The notes beneath the pieces were generated by a model. That model was not told the DNA's origin. It made no database searches and was given only the letters and a program-made list of their open reading frames with translations. A stretch of DNA of 64,000 nt from an uncultured Nitrospiraceae bacterium (GTDB lineage: Bacteria; Nitrospirota; Nitrospiria; Nitrospirales; Nitrospiraceae), in assembly GCA_963730935.1 (NCBI GenBank), contig CAVSTP010000004.1:1280001-1344000 (forward strand), read 5' to 3'. Both the position numbers and the translations under genes were made by a program. Of the stretch, positions 7,999 through 17,751 are shown piece after piece (within the stretch, counting starts at the first letter, position 1; each line of letters begins with the position of its first letter).

Positions 7999-9291
7999 AT
8001 GAATCCTCGGCTACGTTTCGGATTAGCAGTCCTCGCATTGGTTGCGACAGGTTCGCTCTACGCCGAAGGGGTCATCAAAACAGGATGGATTGAAGCGGCC
8101 CTTGTAATACCGATCGGTCTCTCTTTGGTGGCGCAGGGTTCATTAGCTCGCTACTTGCCGAACGTCATCATATCTATTACGGCCATCAGCTTATCGCTCA
8201 CAATTTTTGATCTCATCCTACGCCCGATCTTAGGTCATCACTTGCATTATACCCCTACAAATTTCTCACCTCACCGATATCCAGAACTGCCTATTGTAGC
8301 CCGATGGGATTACGACCAGATTCTCGAGATGGAAAGCTTTGGTGATCTGGCTGCTATGATCGGCGACCCTGCGCTACAAGAACGCCGGCGCATCGTGTTC
8401 CGGACGGACGAATTTGGCTTTCGCAACATCCCTCGGTCAGAACCGGCGAACGTGCTGATTCTGGGGGACTCATTCTCCGCAGGTACCGGGACGACCGATG
8501 AGGACACATTTCCACGTGTGTTGGAGAGCAATTACGGCTTTCGCGCCTATAATCTATCCTATCCCGGTGGACCCTATGATCAGTTTATTACTTTTGCCAT
8601 TGAATGGCCGAGGTTGAAGGTTACACCTCGACCGCACATGATTTGGACCTTTTTTACGGGCAATGATATGGACGATGCAGGAGGTGAAATTTGGGATATT
8701 TCACATCTGCCATGGCAGCACGGGATTGCTGCCTGGCGAGTCAAGTTCAAAACCTATCGGAATCGCTCCCCGCTTAATCAATGGATGGAAGCCCTGCGCA
8801 TAAGATTCAAGGGGAAATCGTCTGATGTGATTGTTCGACTCTCGCCCGACGGACAATCCGTTTTGTTTTTTAAGCCCCAAGAGCTATGGGGCAACCGGTC
8901 GCGACCGGAGGTGGAGCAGCACCCAAACTTCGAAAAGCTGAAACGGACGCTTACCGCTATGCGGGAGCTCACGACAGAACGCCAAGTCGACCTAACCGTC
9001 CTTGTATTTCCAACGAAGGGCGAAGTCTATCGATGGTTATTGGAAGCCAGGAATCCTCTGCCCGAGGATTCTCATGCTTCTGGGTTTGCCCAGGCCGTCC
9101 TTGAAGTTTGCCAGACGGCGAGCATCATGTGTCACGACACGAAGGCCTATCTGGTTTCGGAAGCCAGGCGACTTTACGACACAGAAGGTAAACTCTTGTG
9201 GTGGCGAGATGATACGCATATCGGCAAGTATGGTCATCGAGCAATTGCAAACTATATTGCCGATCGTGTGCTCAAAGTAGGGAGCCGATGA
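7999..9291 (+). CDS. Membrane-anchored SGNH hydrolase / AlgX-AlgJ-like O-acetyltransferase
   Basis: N-terminal TM segments, LILGDSFSAG (block I), FTGNDM, WWRDDTHIG (DxH). Confidence 0.75.
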   Translation: MNPRLRFGLAVLALVATGSLYAEGVIKTGWIEAALVIPIGLSLVAQGSLARYLPNVIISITAISLSLTIFDLILRPILGHHLHYTPTNFSPHRYPELPIVARWDYDQILEMESFGDLAAMIGDPALQERRRIVFRTDEFGFRNIPRSEPANVLILGDSFSAGTGTTDEDTFPRVLESNYGFRAYNLSYPGGPYDQFITFAIEWPRLKVTPRPHMIWTFFTGNDMDDAGGEIWDISHLPWQHGIAAWRVKFKTYRNRSPLNQWMEALRIRFKGKSSDVIVRLSPDGQSVLFFKPQELWGNRSRPEVEQHPNFEKLKRTLTAMRELTTERQVDLTVLVFPTKGEVYRWLLEARNPLPEDSHASGFAQAVLEVCQTASIMCHDTKAYLVSEARRLYDTEGKLLWWRDDTHIGKYGHRAIANYIADRVLKVGSR

Positions 9292-9333
9292 TATTGATAT
9301 TGATTGGATTATTGGATTCACCTCGCTTCAATG

Positions 9334-10356
9334 TCAAATCTTGTGCACTTGCCGAATTTGGCGCATCGCGGCATTCACGACTTCCTCGACCGTGATCAGC
9401 TTCATGCAGTTATCCTCGCCTCGCCGGCAGGTTGGATGAAAACAGACCCGGCAATCAAGACCTTTGTAAATCGTTTCGGCCCGGCCGCTGCGCGGTCCCC
9501 ATTCCACCGGATTTGATGGGCCAAACAGACCGACCACCGGCGTTTCCACCGCGGCGGCGATATGCATGGCGCCGGTGTCGTTACCAACAAAGAGCGAGGA
9601 GCGTTTGAACAGCGCCGCCAGCGTTCTCACATCCGAACGGCCGGCGATGTTCAGCAGCCGGCTCTTTGCGTGATCGACGACCGCCTGCGTCAACACCACT
9701 TCCTGACGGCTTCCCGCCACGAGGACCTGGCAGCCGAAGCGATCGTTCAAGCGGTCAGCGACCTCCGCAAAACGCTCCGGCGGCCAGGCCTTGAACCAAT
9801 ATCGGGCGCCCGGTTGGATCACCACCCACGAGCGGTCCCTTGCGATGCCCAGCTGGGCGGCCAGTTGATCAACACGTGCGTCGTCCTCCGGCCCCAACCA
9901 GATCCGCGGAATGCGGTCTCGGGCCTCAATGCCCAATGGGGCAAGAGCCGCCAGGTCCCGCTCGATACGATGTGCCCCGGCGCCGCCCGTGACGACGGTG
10001 GTGTAACAGCGCCCGGTCCACCGCTGCTCGGCATTAAAGCCGATGCGAACGCCTGCGCCACTGATCCATGTGAGAAATGCCGCCCGATCGCCGTCGGTCA
10101 AATCTATGACGGTGTCAAACCGCCGGCGTCGAATGTCCAAGATGAAGCGGCTCTGCTGCAAGATCGAGCCGCGGTCCAACGGAAGAATCTCGTCCACGTG
10201 CGGGTTTCCTCGCAAGATATCTTCCGTGCCTCGGTTCACAAGGACGGTCAGGTGCGCCTCTGGATAAGCCGATTTGAGCGCATGGAGCGTCGGTGTCGCC
10301 AGGAGCACATCCCCTAAATAACGCAACTTGATGGCGAGAATATTCCGAGGGATCAT
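9334..10356 (-). CDS. rfaQ: GT9 LPS heptosyltransferase (RfaQ/WaaQ-like)
   Basis: LAIKLRYLGDVLLATP, QPGARYWFKAWP, GNDTGAMHIAAA, LFGPS...WGP. Confidence 0.82.
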   Translation of the reverse strand: MIPRNILAIKLRYLGDVLLATPTLHALKSAYPEAHLTVLVNRGTEDILRGNPHVDEILPLDRGSILQQSRFILDIRRRRFDTVIDLTDGDRAAFLTWISGAGVRIGFNAEQRWTGRCYTTVVTGGAGAHRIERDLAALAPLGIEARDRIPRIWLGPEDDARVDQLAAQLGIARDRSWVVIQPGARYWFKAWPPERFAEVADRLNDRFGCQVLVAGSRQEVVLTQAVVDHAKSRLLNIAGRSDVRTLAALFKRSSLFVGNDTGAMHIAAAVETPVVGLFGPSNPVEWGPRSGRAETIYKGLDCRVCFHPTCRRGEDNCMKLITVEEVVNAAMRQIRQVHKI

Positions 10357-10365
10357 GCCTGCGGT

Positions 10366-11469
10366 TTACCGTAAGAGTGAGGCATACAGGTCATAGGTTT
10401 GCAAGGCCGAGTGAGCCCAGGTGTACTCTCTGACCCGGGCAAACCCTTTCGCCTTGAGCGAGGCGCGCAAGGATTCGCTCTCGAACACTTCGATCATGCG
10501 GTCTGCGAGTTCACTGGCATTGTGCGGGTCGACGAGCAATGCCGCGTCCCCGGCCACTTCTCCCAGCGCGGTCGTCTTCGAGGTGATGACCGGCGCGCCG
10601 CACGCCATCGCTTCCAACACCGGCATGCCGAATCCTTCGTAGAGGGACGGGAACAGGAACAGATCGGCGTAGGAGTAGAGCAATTGCAAATCGTTCTGCG
10701 ACAAACGGCCGGGGCACAGCACCCGGTCGATCAGCCCGTACGACTTCGCCGTCGCCTCGTAGGAGCCAAACGAATGCGTGGGTGACCCTGCCAGGATGAG
10801 CGTTCTGCCTTCGAGATGCGGCCGTATGAGAGACGCCGCTTCGAGCACGAGACGGTGGTTTTTTCGGGGATCAGCGCCACCGACAAACAGGAGGAACCGG
10901 TCGGACGCGAGGCCGATCCGCTGCTTCAACGCCATGAACGCGCCGGCATCGTCCCGGCGGGAAAAGTCCTCGGACACACCGTTCGGAATCACCACAATCT
11001 GCTCGGCGGATAAGCCGAATAGTTCGATCAGCTCGCGGGCAGAGAACTTCGAGACGGTCACGACCTTTCGTGCGCGCCGGGCGGTCCGCTGCGTCTTGTA
11101 CGATGACAGTTTCTGCCCCAGCAATTTTGGGGAGTATTCCGGATATCGTTCGAGCCAGAGGTCGTGGATCGTGACGATGCCGCCATACCTTCCGACCGTA
11201 TGCATGCGGAAATTTGTCCCATGATACAGGTCCAGCTGATCGGTGCTCCCACGGCTTCTCATGGACCACTTCGAGGCGGTTACCCATCTGAGACGATCCG
11301 TTCCCGACCACCGCCGGGTTTCCTCAGGCGGATTCGAACCTGGTCTGATGTACGCGACAAAATCGACGCTGGGGTGAGCCGCTAACATTCCGCGCAATAA
11401 ATAGTAGGTATGCCAGCCGATTCCGCCGCGATCACCCACCAACGGACTGGCATCAAGGCCGATCTTCAT
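10366..11469 (-). CDS. GT4 glycosyltransferase
   Basis: VTIHDL, PRKN, FPSLYEGFGMPVLEAMACGAPV. Confidence 0.92.
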   Translation of the reverse strand: MKIGLDASPLVGDRGGIGWHTYYLLRGMLAAHPSVDFVAYIRPGSNPPEETRRWSGTDRLRWVTASKWSMRSRGSTDQLDLYHGTNFRMHTVGRYGGIVTIHDLWLERYPEYSPKLLGQKLSSYKTQRTARRARKVVTVSKFSARELIELFGLSAEQIVVIPNGVSEDFSRRDDAGAFMALKQRIGLASDRFLLFVGGADPRKNHRLVLEAASLIRPHLEGRTLILAGSPTHSFGSYEATAKSYGLIDRVLCPGRLSQNDLQLLYSYADLFLFPSLYEGFGMPVLEAMACGAPVITSKTTALGEVAGDAALLVDPHNASELADRMIEVFESESLRASLKAKGFARVREYTWAHSALQTYDLYASLLR

Positions 11470-12602
11470 TCACGCTCCCGACCGGCATTCAGCACCTGAG
11501 CATACAGGTGCTGCACGGCCGAGACTGACGCCGTTACATTGAACCGCTCACGAGCCACTTGGGCACCGCGTTCCCCCAAGGCTTTCCTCCGGACGTCATC
11601 GTGCAGCAACAATAGGATCGCAGCGCTTAGCTCCTCGGGATGATCGGCGGGTACGAGCAATCCGGTGCTTCCATCGTCGACCACTTCAGGCAATCCGCCA
11701 ACCCTGGTCGCGACAACCGCCTTTCCGGCGGCGAGCGCTTCCACGACCGCAATGCCGAACCCTTCCATCCTCGCAGGATGAACATACAGCGACAACGCCG
11801 ACAGGAACGGCGTGACGTCATCCTGAAAGCCGACGAAATGGACGTGGTCCGCGATCCCAAGCCTCACGGCCAAGCTTTTCAGCTGTTGCTCATAGGCATC
11901 TTCGCCGGTACCGACAATCACATAGTGCACCGCGGCAACTTCTTGAATGATCCTGGGCAGCGCCCGGAGCATCACGTCGTACCCCTTGCGGGGAAACACA
12001 TGAGCGACTGTCCCTAACAGCACCGCATCGACAGGCAGGCCCAATGCACGACACACCGCCGTCCGGTCGACTGCCGGCACGTCTTTCGATAACTGAAGGC
12101 CGCTATAGATGGTCCGGACGGACTTCTGCGCCACGCCTCCGGCGATCAGAGCCTGCTCAACTTGCCTGGAAATGGCGATCACCCCATCGGCTGACTCGAG
12201 ACAGTATCGTTTCACCTTCTCAGGCTCGATCTCCTGGCGCACGTGCGCCACGACCGGCCTTCTCGATCCGGAAGTCGCGTCCACGGCGCCGATCGTATGA
12301 GGCACCCACCAGATATCGTTGACATGGATGAGCGCCGGCGCAAGCTGCGTGACCAGCGCGCGCACGTTCCGGACGTCCCGCCAGCGAATAAATGGTGAAT
12401 ACCATTTCCGCCAAGGCCCCAGGACGAGGGGATGCACCGCCGTGCCTTGTTTGGCCAGGCTGCCGGACAGCGGCGTTTCAGGAGGGCAGGCGACGTGGGG
12501 TTCCCACTCATCCCGATCGAGCGCACGGAGCATCGCCAACAAATCGCGCTCGGCCCCGCCGATTCCGCCGATGCCGTGGATATACAGAATCCGTCTCGCC
12601 AC
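11466..12602 (-). CDS. GT4 glycosyltransferase
   Basis: GGAER, RKGYD, EGFGIAVVEALAAGKAVVATRVGGLPE. GTG 12602 overlaps the upstream stop. Confidence 0.9.
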   Translation of the reverse strand: MARRILYIHGIGGIGGAERDLLAMLRALDRDEWEPHVACPPETPLSGSLAKQGTAVHPLVLGPWRKWYSPFIRWRDVRNVRALVTQLAPALIHVNDIWWVPHTIGAVDATSGSRRPVVAHVRQEIEPEKVKRYCLESADGVIAISRQVEQALIAGGVAQKSVRTIYSGLQLSKDVPAVDRTAVCRALGLPVDAVLLGTVAHVFPRKGYDVMLRALPRIIQEVAAVHYVIVGTGEDAYEQQLKSLAVRLGIADHVHFVGFQDDVTPFLSALSLYVHPARMEGFGIAVVEALAAGKAVVATRVGGLPEVVDDGSTGLLVPADHPEELSAAILLLLHDDVRRKALGERGAQVARERFNVTASVSAVQHLYAQVLNAGRERE

Positions 12603-13393
12603 TAGCTGGAATCCTGAACGACGCGGGACGCTGATGTCATGTCCCACAATTTGGCATACTTGACGAAGGTATACATGCCGGCAAACACCGACACGATGAG
12701 TCCCCTGACGCCATCGCGGAATCCCTGCTTCAGCACATAGCTCTTCACGAACACGATGAGCGGCCGGACGACGAGGTCACCGGCGTAAACGGCTCGAACC
12801 GTCCGGCCTTTGTCTTGTGCCGCCAGCGTCGTGTAGAGGCCGAACTTCTTGAAATGATCTCGAATCTTGGGCTCGGTGAAATGGTCCATCGGATTGGCGA
12901 GCTTCCCGATCGCACCCTGGACGATCAGGTTTTCATGCACCGGCACATCGTTGTATCTGGCGTGGCCGCGCCGGACGAGACGGATTTGGTAGTCGGGGTA
13001 CACTCCGGCGTGACGGACCCACGCCCCATAGAAATAGTTCCTGCGGGGAATTTCATAGGCCACCGGATCTCCCGTCTTCCATGCAGCGATTCGAGACAGG
13101 ATTTCGGTCTGAAGAGCTGCAGGGATGCGCTCGTCGGCATCCACGATGAGGACCCATTCGCCTGCGACCTGGTCCATGGCGTAGTTTTTTTGGGCGCCGA
13201 AGCCTGGCCAGGGCCGAACGATGACCTTCGCGCCGGCCGCACGTGCCAGGTCGGCGGTCCGATCGCTGCTCTCAGCATCCACGACGATCCGCTCGGGGGC
13301 CCAGGCGATCGACGCGAGGCAGTCCCGAATGTTAGCCTCCTCGTTTTTCGTGATCATCACGCAGGCGAGAGAAGTTTCCACCCGTGCGCTCAC
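12602..13393 (-). CDS. GT2 glycosyltransferase (KdtX/WaaE beta-1,4-glucosyltransferase-like)
   Basis: ITKNEEANI, VDAESSDRT, WPGFGAQKN, VDADER, YPDYQIRL, VHE. GTGA overlap at 13390-13393 gives the likely start. Confidence 0.88.
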   Translation of the reverse strand: MSARVETSLACVMITKNEEANIRDCLASIAWAPERIVVDAESSDRTADLARAAGAKVIVRPWPGFGAQKNYAMDQVAGEWVLIVDADERIPAALQTEILSRIAAWKTGDPVAYEIPRRNYFYGAWVRHAGVYPDYQIRLVRRGHARYNDVPVHENLIVQGAIGKLANPMDHFTEPKIRDHFKKFGLYTTLAAQDKGRTVRAVYAGDLVVRPLIVFVKSYVLKQGFRDGVRGLIVSVFAGMYTFVKYAKLWDMTSASRVVQDSS

Positions 13394-14412
13394 GACGGGG
13401 ACCCGCCTGTCTGCCACGCGCCCGCTCCCAGGGTCTGGAATTGACGGCGGTGCAGTTCGACGATCTTTTCTGGGCGCACGTACAGCCACCGCCAGGACAG
13501 CGCGCGCTCGAATTCCCGCATCAACTTTTCCAGCGGTTTGCCGACGTGACGCTGCATGAGCTCCGCAAACGAACGCCTTCCCGATACCGGCCGGAAGTAG
13601 TTGGACTTGTACCATAACCGTTCTTGCTCTTCTTGCGACCATTTGTCGTGGATCGAGAGCCGGGGGTGTGTACAGGCAAATGGCTCCCGCTTGCCTTTGA
13701 CGGTCGCTCGAATAAAGTGATGCACAAAGCTGCCTCCGAAAATCTTGCAGCGTGTGACATCTCCGAGTTCGTCCTCACGCTTCCGAAGCGTGTAGTAGAG
13801 GTCCCAATCGGCCGCTTGAACACGTTCGTCGAGAAATCCGATTTTCTCCAATGTAGATCGCCTGATCATGACGCAGGAACCGTTGAGCCCGTCGAAGAGG
13901 ATCTCTGAGAAGTTTTGATAGACATGACTGCAGAAGGCTTCCCAGTCGCCATACATCGCCCGAATCTTGTCGTGAAGTTGCGCAGCGGTTTTGCCCGACG
14001 AGAGTCGACCCTGCCCGATCGTGGCCCAGCGCGCTTGGATCCAATCCGTCAAGGCCGGGGTCGGCATCATTTCCAGCCCCAACGGGGTAATGGCATCCAG
14101 ACGGAAACGTTCCACTGCCTCGATCAGCCGCCCGTTCCAGTTCGGCCCGACATAAAGATCGTTGTTGATATGACAGACGTAGTCTCCCGTCGAATTGCGG
14201 GTCCCGAGATTCATGGACTCGGGATAACACAAATTCGCGGCATTCCGAACGACACGGCACCCCTGCGACTCGAAAAACTCCGCGGAGCCGTCCGTGGAAT
14301 GATTATCGATGACCACAACTTCATAGGGACCGGTCGTGTACTTGCGGATGCCCTGCAAAAAGAGCTGATTGTGGCCGATTTGATTGTGCACGGCGACGAT
14401 CACGCTCAGCAT
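13390..14412 (-). CDS. GT2 glycosyltransferase
   Basis: LSVIVAVHNQ, IDNHSTDGS, HINND, IGFLDE. Confidence 0.87.
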   Translation of the reverse strand: MLSVIVAVHNQIGHNQLFLQGIRKYTTGPYEVVVIDNHSTDGSAEFFESQGCRVVRNAANLCYPESMNLGTRNSTGDYVCHINNDLYVGPNWNGRLIEAVERFRLDAITPLGLEMMPTPALTDWIQARWATIGQGRLSSGKTAAQLHDKIRAMYGDWEAFCSHVYQNFSEILFDGLNGSCVMIRRSTLEKIGFLDERVQAADWDLYYTLRKREDELGDVTRCKIFGGSFVHHFIRATVKGKREPFACTHPRLSIHDKWSQEEQERLWYKSNYFRPVSGRRSFAELMQRHVGKPLEKLMREFERALSWRWLYVRPEKIVELHRRQFQTLGAGAWQTGGSPS

Positions 14413-15044
14413 CGCGAGTGCTCCCCCTCTTGCTTGACGGCAAATTTGAATTCATCCTTCCAATGGAGGACGGTGTAGCTGCATTCCCGGGGCAGTACCC
14501 CCTGCAGCTGATTCAGATCCTTCATGGTGCCGTAAATGCGTTTGATGAACTGTCCGTGACGGCATTCACAGAAGTCATCGATGGAACGGCTCGTCTTGGG
14601 CTCGAACGTCAACGTATCGGCCTCTCCGAGATAGACAAACCAGCGGTGGAACGACCAACCACGCTCCTGGTGGGGGTAGTTGTACCCCTGCTCGTAGAAC
14701 GGACTGGGCGTCTCGATATATCCGGCCCGTGCGATGCGCATCAGTTCCTTGCAAGCGGATGCCGGGTCTTGCGTATGCTCGAGCACATGGGAGGCATACA
14801 CGTAGTCAAACGATTTGTCCTTGAACGGGAGGGCTTCGACCGTCGCGAGTAGCAACGGTAGCCCTAGGTGTTGGATCGGTTTCCCTCGCTCGGCATCGTC
14901 TTCGGGAAGGAGGTCAACCAAGTGCGTCGCGTCGTCATGCGGACGATGACCGGACCCGACGTCCAGGACGCGTCGTCCTGACGGCTCACTGAACCTCCGC
15001 CTCACGCGAACCTTCCAACGGCGGATGGCGTTGGCGAATCCCAT
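14406..15044 (-). CDS. SAM-dependent methyltransferase (type 11-like)
   Basis: VLDVGSG, LPFKDKSFDYVYASHVLEH. Confidence 0.85.
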   Translation of the reverse strand: MGFANAIRRWKVRVRRRFSEPSGRRVLDVGSGHRPHDDATHLVDLLPEDDAERGKPIQHLGLPLLLATVEALPFKDKSFDYVYASHVLEHTQDPASACKELMRIARAGYIETPSPFYEQGYNYPHQERGWSFHRWFVYLGEADTLTFEPKTSRSIDDFCECRHGQFIKRIYGTMKDLNQLQGVLPRECSYTVLHWKDEFKFAVKQEGEHSRC

Positions 15045-15094
15045 CAAAAGGCTCCATCTGTAAGCCTGCGCAGGGCGACGATCATGCGCGGTTG

Positions 15095-15865
15095 CTACCG
15101 GACAAACAACGAGGATTGTCCGTATTTACGAAAGACATCCCGGGACTTGGGAAACTGCTGAGGAAGACGCCGAACTCTACCCGCGCGCAGCAGATCGTTG
15201 CAATTGGCAATGAGCGCGCGCCGCATCCCGACGAAGCGGCATGGCCTCCCCTCCTTCCGGCAGTCCACTTGGTGATCGCGCGCCTCGACTTGAAACGACG
15301 TCTTCCAATAGAACACGGTGGTTTTCGACGACCGTCGAAAAAAATGCTGGGCTTGGCTGAAATCCAGCGATTCGTAAAATTCATGGAGAAACTGGCCGTC
15401 CGGACAAGAGCAAAACCGTCTCACCTCTTCCACCGACTTCGGCTCAAATACGAGCAGCCCCGGAGACGGTGAAAACACGAACCACCGGTGGAACCAATGC
15501 TCCGGTGAGCTCTCATCCTGGAGCGCGAGGCCCTGCTCAAGAAAAGGAGAAGGGGTCTCAATATAGCCTGCCCTCCCGACGCGCATGAGTTCCCGGCAAG
15601 CCGCCGTCGGGTTTTCCACATGCTCGAGCACGTGCGACGCATAGACGAAATCGAACGAGGCTGCGGCGAAGGGGAGGACCGTCGCTTCGCCGACAATCAG
15701 TTTGGCAGCGGTCGGCACCAGCAGGGCATTGCCGCCTCGTTCGCGTCCGTCCGCAATATCCCGCTCCAAGAGGTGCGTCACGCCGGCAAAGGGGTTGTGT
15801 CCTGGACCAATCTCCAAGACGCGACGCGCGAAATAGGGCCTTCTCCACCAGGGCAAGCGTTTCAT
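15095..15865 (-). CDS. SAM-dependent methyltransferase, paralog of 14406-15044
   Basis: VLEIGPG, LPFAAASFDFVYASHVLEH, RAGYIETPSPF. Start at ATG 15865 (alternative GTG 15913). Confidence 0.83.
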   Translation of the reverse strand: MKRLPWWRRPYFARRVLEIGPGHNPFAGVTHLLERDIADGRERGGNALLVPTAAKLIVGEATVLPFAAASFDFVYASHVLEHVENPTAACRELMRVGRAGYIETPSPFLEQGLALQDESSPEHWFHRWFVFSPSPGLLVFEPKSVEEVRRFCSCPDGQFLHEFYESLDFSQAQHFFRRSSKTTVFYWKTSFQVEARDHQVDCRKEGRPCRFVGMRRALIANCNDLLRAGRVRRLPQQFPKSRDVFRKYGQSSLFVR

Positions 15866-15881
15866 GAGGGTCGAATGGTCG

Positions 15882-16727
15882 TTACCCGCGAAACCCCCTG
15901 CGGGCGATTTCACGATAAAACCGCCAATTGAGCCAGCGGCTTCGCCTCGTGCCCCACCGGCGGGCCTTGACGACGCGCGCGTGCATCACGGCAGGATGGC
16001 GCCCCTTAAATGTCTTCAAGATCGCATAGTCCTCGAATCGAAAGGCGTCACCCGTCAACTCTTTGGCCGCCGCAGGTGGGAGATTCGCACCATGATACAC
16101 GGACGCCTGTTCCCGTTTTTTCTCGAGCATGGTCTTGGGATCCTTTACCCAGCCGTAATGAAACATCCTAGCCCCGGAATAGGCGAGCCACTCCTTTGGA
16201 CCGCTTTGCAAATATTGTTTGGTAGCCTTGAAATGAAATCCCACCGCGTCGCCGCATGACTCCATTTCTCCGTTGTTTCGAATGATGCGGACCGCCTTGT
16301 GATAGAACCAAGGATTCGTCGACCAGTAATCGGCGATGAAATGCAGATAGCGGAAGAGGAGACCTTTCACCATCGGATTGCTGGCATGCTCGGCCATGGA
16401 CCGCCTGAGCACCGGCAGATCGTCTTCGTGCAAGATTTCATCGGCCTGAATGTAGAACGCCCAGTCGCCCGTACAGTGACTAAGCGCGATATTGGTCTGC
16501 TGTGAATAAATCAACCCGTCTCTGCGCAGCGATTCATCCCATACCGATTCCACGATCTTGATCCTGGCATCCCCGATCGACTGAATGAGCTCGAGTGTCC
16601 CGTCCTCGCACCGGCCGACGTTCACGATGAATTCGTCGCACAAGGGCAGCGCAGACTTGATCGACTCCACCAGGGGATAATCGTATTTCACTGCGTTGCG
16701 GCAGAAAGTGAACCCGCTGACGGTCAT
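15882..16727 (-). CDS. GT2 glycosyltransferase
   Basis: SGFTFCRNAVKYDYP, EDGT, IQADE, HYGWV. Confidence 0.85.
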   Translation of the reverse strand: MTVSGFTFCRNAVKYDYPLVESIKSALPLCDEFIVNVGRCEDGTLELIQSIGDARIKIVESVWDESLRRDGLIYSQQTNIALSHCTGDWAFYIQADEILHEDDLPVLRRSMAEHASNPMVKGLLFRYLHFIADYWSTNPWFYHKAVRIIRNNGEMESCGDAVGFHFKATKQYLQSGPKEWLAYSGARMFHYGWVKDPKTMLEKKREQASVYHGANLPPAAAKELTGDAFRFEDYAILKTFKGRHPAVMHARVVKARRWGTRRSRWLNWRFYREIARRGFRG

Positions 16728-16773
16728 CCGCCCTCACCTCTCTTCATGGTCATGGACCACTCACATCCAGGCG

Positions 16774-17538
16774 TCATGATTTCGTCAGTTCCCAGAATTT
16801 GGCGTACTTCATAAAGGTGTAATAGCCATAGAGACCGGAAAGAATCAACCCCGGCATCCCGTCGAGAAACCCGCGCCGCAAGCCGTACATCTTGAGAAAC
16901 GCCCCTATGGGGTGCGTCACCAATTGATGGCCCCTGAACCGGCGCGCCTCCTCGACCATGCGCCTGGCCATCAGGTCGGAGTATCTGTCCTGTTTGGCAA
17001 TGTAGTGGTCGATGTCCCGGAAGGGGTACTGCAGTGCCGGTTGCGAGAGGTATCCGATTGGCCCGTCACAATCAAAACTTTCATGCACGAGTTCCTGACG
17101 ATAGCGCAACCTTCCCTTTCGAAAGAGCTGCGGCTGACGGTAATCGGGATACCAGCCGCAATGCTTGATCCAGCGCCCCAGAAAAAAATTCTTGCGCGGG
17201 ACGAAATAGGCGTCGGCCGCAGTCGGCTGTTCGAGCACGTGGCGGATTTCTTCCTGCAGGGCCGGGGTCATCCGTTCGTCCGAATCGAGGCTAAAGATCC
17301 ATTCCTGCGAGCAATAGGTCAAGGCTTGGTTACGGAGCGCGCCGAAACCCGCGAAATCCACCTGATACACCTTGGCGGTAAACTCGGCCGCGATGGCCGC
17401 TGTCCGGTCGGTGCTGTGCGAGTCCACGACGATCAGTTCCGCGCCCCACCCCGCGATCGAGGCCAGGCAGGCGCGCATGTTCGGCTCGTCGTTATAGGCG
17501 ATCACGTACACGGATATGGGGAGCGAGCGGCCGGTCAC
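16774..17538 (-). CDS. GT2 glycosyltransferase (KdtX/WaaE-like)
   Basis: VIAYNDE, VDSHSTDRT, GFGALRN, LDSDER, GWYPD, VHE. Start at 17538 or 17562. Confidence 0.87.
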   Translation of the reverse strand: MTGRSLPISVYVIAYNDEPNMRACLASIAGWGAELIVVDSHSTDRTAAIAAEFTAKVYQVDFAGFGALRNQALTYCSQEWIFSLDSDERMTPALQEEIRHVLEQPTAADAYFVPRKNFFLGRWIKHCGWYPDYRQPQLFRKGRLRYRQELVHESFDCDGPIGYLSQPALQYPFRDIDHYIAKQDRYSDLMARRMVEEARRFRGHQLVTHPIGAFLKMYGLRRGFLDGMPGLILSGLYGYYTFMKYAKFWELTKS

Positions 17539-17751
17539 ACCTTGAACCCGAATTCCTTCCACGACCAGATCTTGTTTTGATTAAGCACGGTATTGGAAGC
17601 CACATACAGCGAAAGCAGGCGGCGGTATCGATGCACGATCGCAGGATTCCCCGCATCGAGGACAACGGGAGGTGCGTTCAGATCGAGATCGGATCGGCGG
17701 ACGGTCTGGCTCTCAGGTCGTTGTTTTCGCCGGTGGGAAGGAAAGAGGCTT

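Noticed and set aside
17563..17751. ~190-bp gap inside the LPS operon
   Set aside because: No convincing ORF, repeat or RNA structure seen; probably an internal promoter or spacer.
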